DNA of 16,368 nt from the NCBI GenBank assembly GCA_019057635.1, contig DXJL01000011.1, positions 1 to 16,368 of the forward strand. Direction: 5' to 3'. The notes below the pieces were generated by a model, which searched no databases, was not told the DNA's origin, and worked only from the letters and a program-made list of their open reading frames with translations. Both the position numbers and the translations under genes were made by a program. Positions 15,083-16,368 of this stretch are shown piece after piece. The DNA comes from Candidatus Heimdallarchaeota archaeon (GTDB taxonomy: Archaea > Asgardarchaeota > Heimdallarchaeia > Hodarchaeales > Hodarchaeaceae). Numbering within the stretch: position 1 is the first letter of the stretch; the number at the start of each line of letters is the position of its first letter.

Positions 15083-15403
15083 GAATACGCGTCTCCTTAT
15101 AATTGTCTAATATATAATCTTGCTTTGTAGATCGTTATCTCTCTATCCATACGACATTTGAGATGAGTCAAAGCATTTTTCGTTCGATAGAGTCCTAGGG
15201 AAGCTAAGAATGCGTCCAAAGTTATCTTAAATTATATGTATTATGAATATTATTTGTTTTAATGAAAGATTCTATTCGTAAAAATCTAGTTAAAATGCAA
15301 AAAGAAGTATTTTCATGATAGAACAATATGATTTATTCCGTGATCTAAGGGATTCATTTATTAATTTAATTCATTTTCAAAGTATCAAACACAGGGAAAG
15401 AAA

Positions 15404-16368
15404 ATGGCTGATCCTAAATTTTTTCTTGGACGATTAGACGATGGCGAAAGATTTGAATTACCCTCTACAGCTTTTTTGACGCATGTGGCAGTGTTAGGAG
15501 CAAGTGGTTCTGGGAAAACTGTTGTTTGCAAGTCAATAGTTGAAGAAGCTATTCGATCCAATATTCCAGTAATTGCAATTGATCCTAAAGGAGATATTGG
15601 GGCATTAGGAATAGGTTTTGGGGATTTTTCCAAAGATAGACTATTTATTCATGCCAAAGTCGAAGCTGAAGATCGTGGTGGAGGAGATCCTGAAGATATT
15701 GCAGAAAATTGGGTTAAATTATATGAAGAGAAACTCGAAGAATCTTTTGGTGATGATTACCTTTCTGCGGAAGCTGAATATTCAGATAAAGTTGCTACAG
15801 TGTTAATTACTCCTAAAAATGCCGCCGGCGTCCAAATTTCTCTTACACCTCATTTTGAAAAGCCCAAGAACTATAATAAAATGATGGAAGAATCACCTGA
15901 TGCGGTGTTAAGTGCCTTAGATCTGAAAATTCAATTGTTGTTATCTCGTGTTGGGATAGGTACATCGTCCTCTACTGATAATCGTGTTATATATCTAAAC
16001 AATATAATTCGTCACGTATGGGTAAATGAAAGAAAGAATGTTGTTGGGTTGGATCTTTTAATAGAGAAAATCCAAGATCCTCCTTTTAAAAAAGTGGGGT
16101 CGCTTGCAGTTGATAAATTTATATCTAGTACCAAACGTGAGGAATTGGCCCGTAACATTAATGCATTAATGGTCCGAGCAGTTCCAGGGGTAGAACTTGA
16201 TTTTAATAAATTAATAGGTTTAGCAACTAAGGAGAAGAAAACTCCCATAATTGTTTTTGACCTACGCAAAATTACAGATTCAGATGAAAAAAATACTTTC
16301 GTAGCAGAAATTTTGGGTGAAGTGCAACGTTGGGCTTGGTCGAAAGGTGGTACAAGTCGTTTACGTGC
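15404..16368 (+). CDS. HerA/FtsK-superfamily ATPase (DUF87/DUF853-like), 3'-truncated by the window edge; absent from the supplied ORF track
   Basis: Manual translation from the ATG at 15404 gives MADPKFFLGRLDDGERFELPSTAFLTHVAVLGASGSGKTVVCKSIVEEAIRSNIPVIAIDPKGDIG. This includes Walker A (GASGSGKT) and the family-typical IDPKGD. The window ends in the same frame with EILGEVQRWAWSKGGTSRLR. Confidence 0.9.
   Translation, partial: MADPKFFLGRLDDGERFELPSTAFLTHVAVLGASGSGKTVVCKSIVEEAIRSNIPVIAIDPKGDIGALGIGFGDFSKDRLFIHAKVEAEDRGGGDPEDIAENWVKLYEEKLEESFGDDYLSAEAEYSDKVATVLITPKNAAGVQISLTPHFEKPKNYNKMMEESPDAVLSALDLKIQLLLSRVGIGTSSSTDNRVIYLNNIIRHVWVNERKNVVGLDLLIEKIQDPPFKKVGSLAVDKFISSTKREELARNINALMVRAVPGVELDFNKLIGLATKEKKTPIIVFDLRKITDSDEKNTFVAEILGEVQRWAWSKGGTSRLR

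Noticed and set aside
15385-16269. Short ORFs 15385-15633 (-), 15618-15806 (+) and 16012-16269 (-)
   Set aside because: They are shadow frames of the HerA-like ATPase gene starting at 15404.
1-16368. CRISPR array, tRNA or rRNA genes
   Set aside because: I saw no regularly spaced repeat-spacer pattern and no tRNA- or rRNA-like sequence in the intergenic regions.

Overview
AT-rich archaeal-type window. GGAG/GGTGA ribosome-binding sites, an archaeal AMP phosphorylase, a divergent small GTPase and the general protein style suggest an Asgard (Heimdallarchaeia-like) source, which is inference only. Left to right it contains: a 5'-truncated GPH/MelB-type MFS transporter; a small hypothetical ORF; an intact SDR-type L-threonine 3-dehydrogenase; a decayed Zn-dependent (MDR-type) tdh pseudogene; an orphan Dam-like methyltransferase; a small Toprim protein coupled to AMP phosphorylase; a minus-strand run of small GTPase, tandem winged-helix protein, amidohydrolase, 1003-aa GCS2-type carboxylate-amine ligase fusion and CDC48-N/vWA fusion; and a divergent HerA/DUF87-like ATPase that runs off the window. 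The best-supported hidden structure is two diverged copies of a ~460-bp non-autonomous IS607-type element (3158-3617 and 8509-8979, minus strand). Each has GG at both junctions, a shared AGGG upstream flank, phased left-end repeats, tnpB scraps and an apparently intact TnpB omegaRNA-like scaffold followed by a different flank-derived guide. Copy 1 interrupts the tdh pseudogene, and removing it restores the reading frame exactly. The GTPase-to-vWA cluster is a candidate undescribed protein-modification/remodelling system, but that reading is inference.
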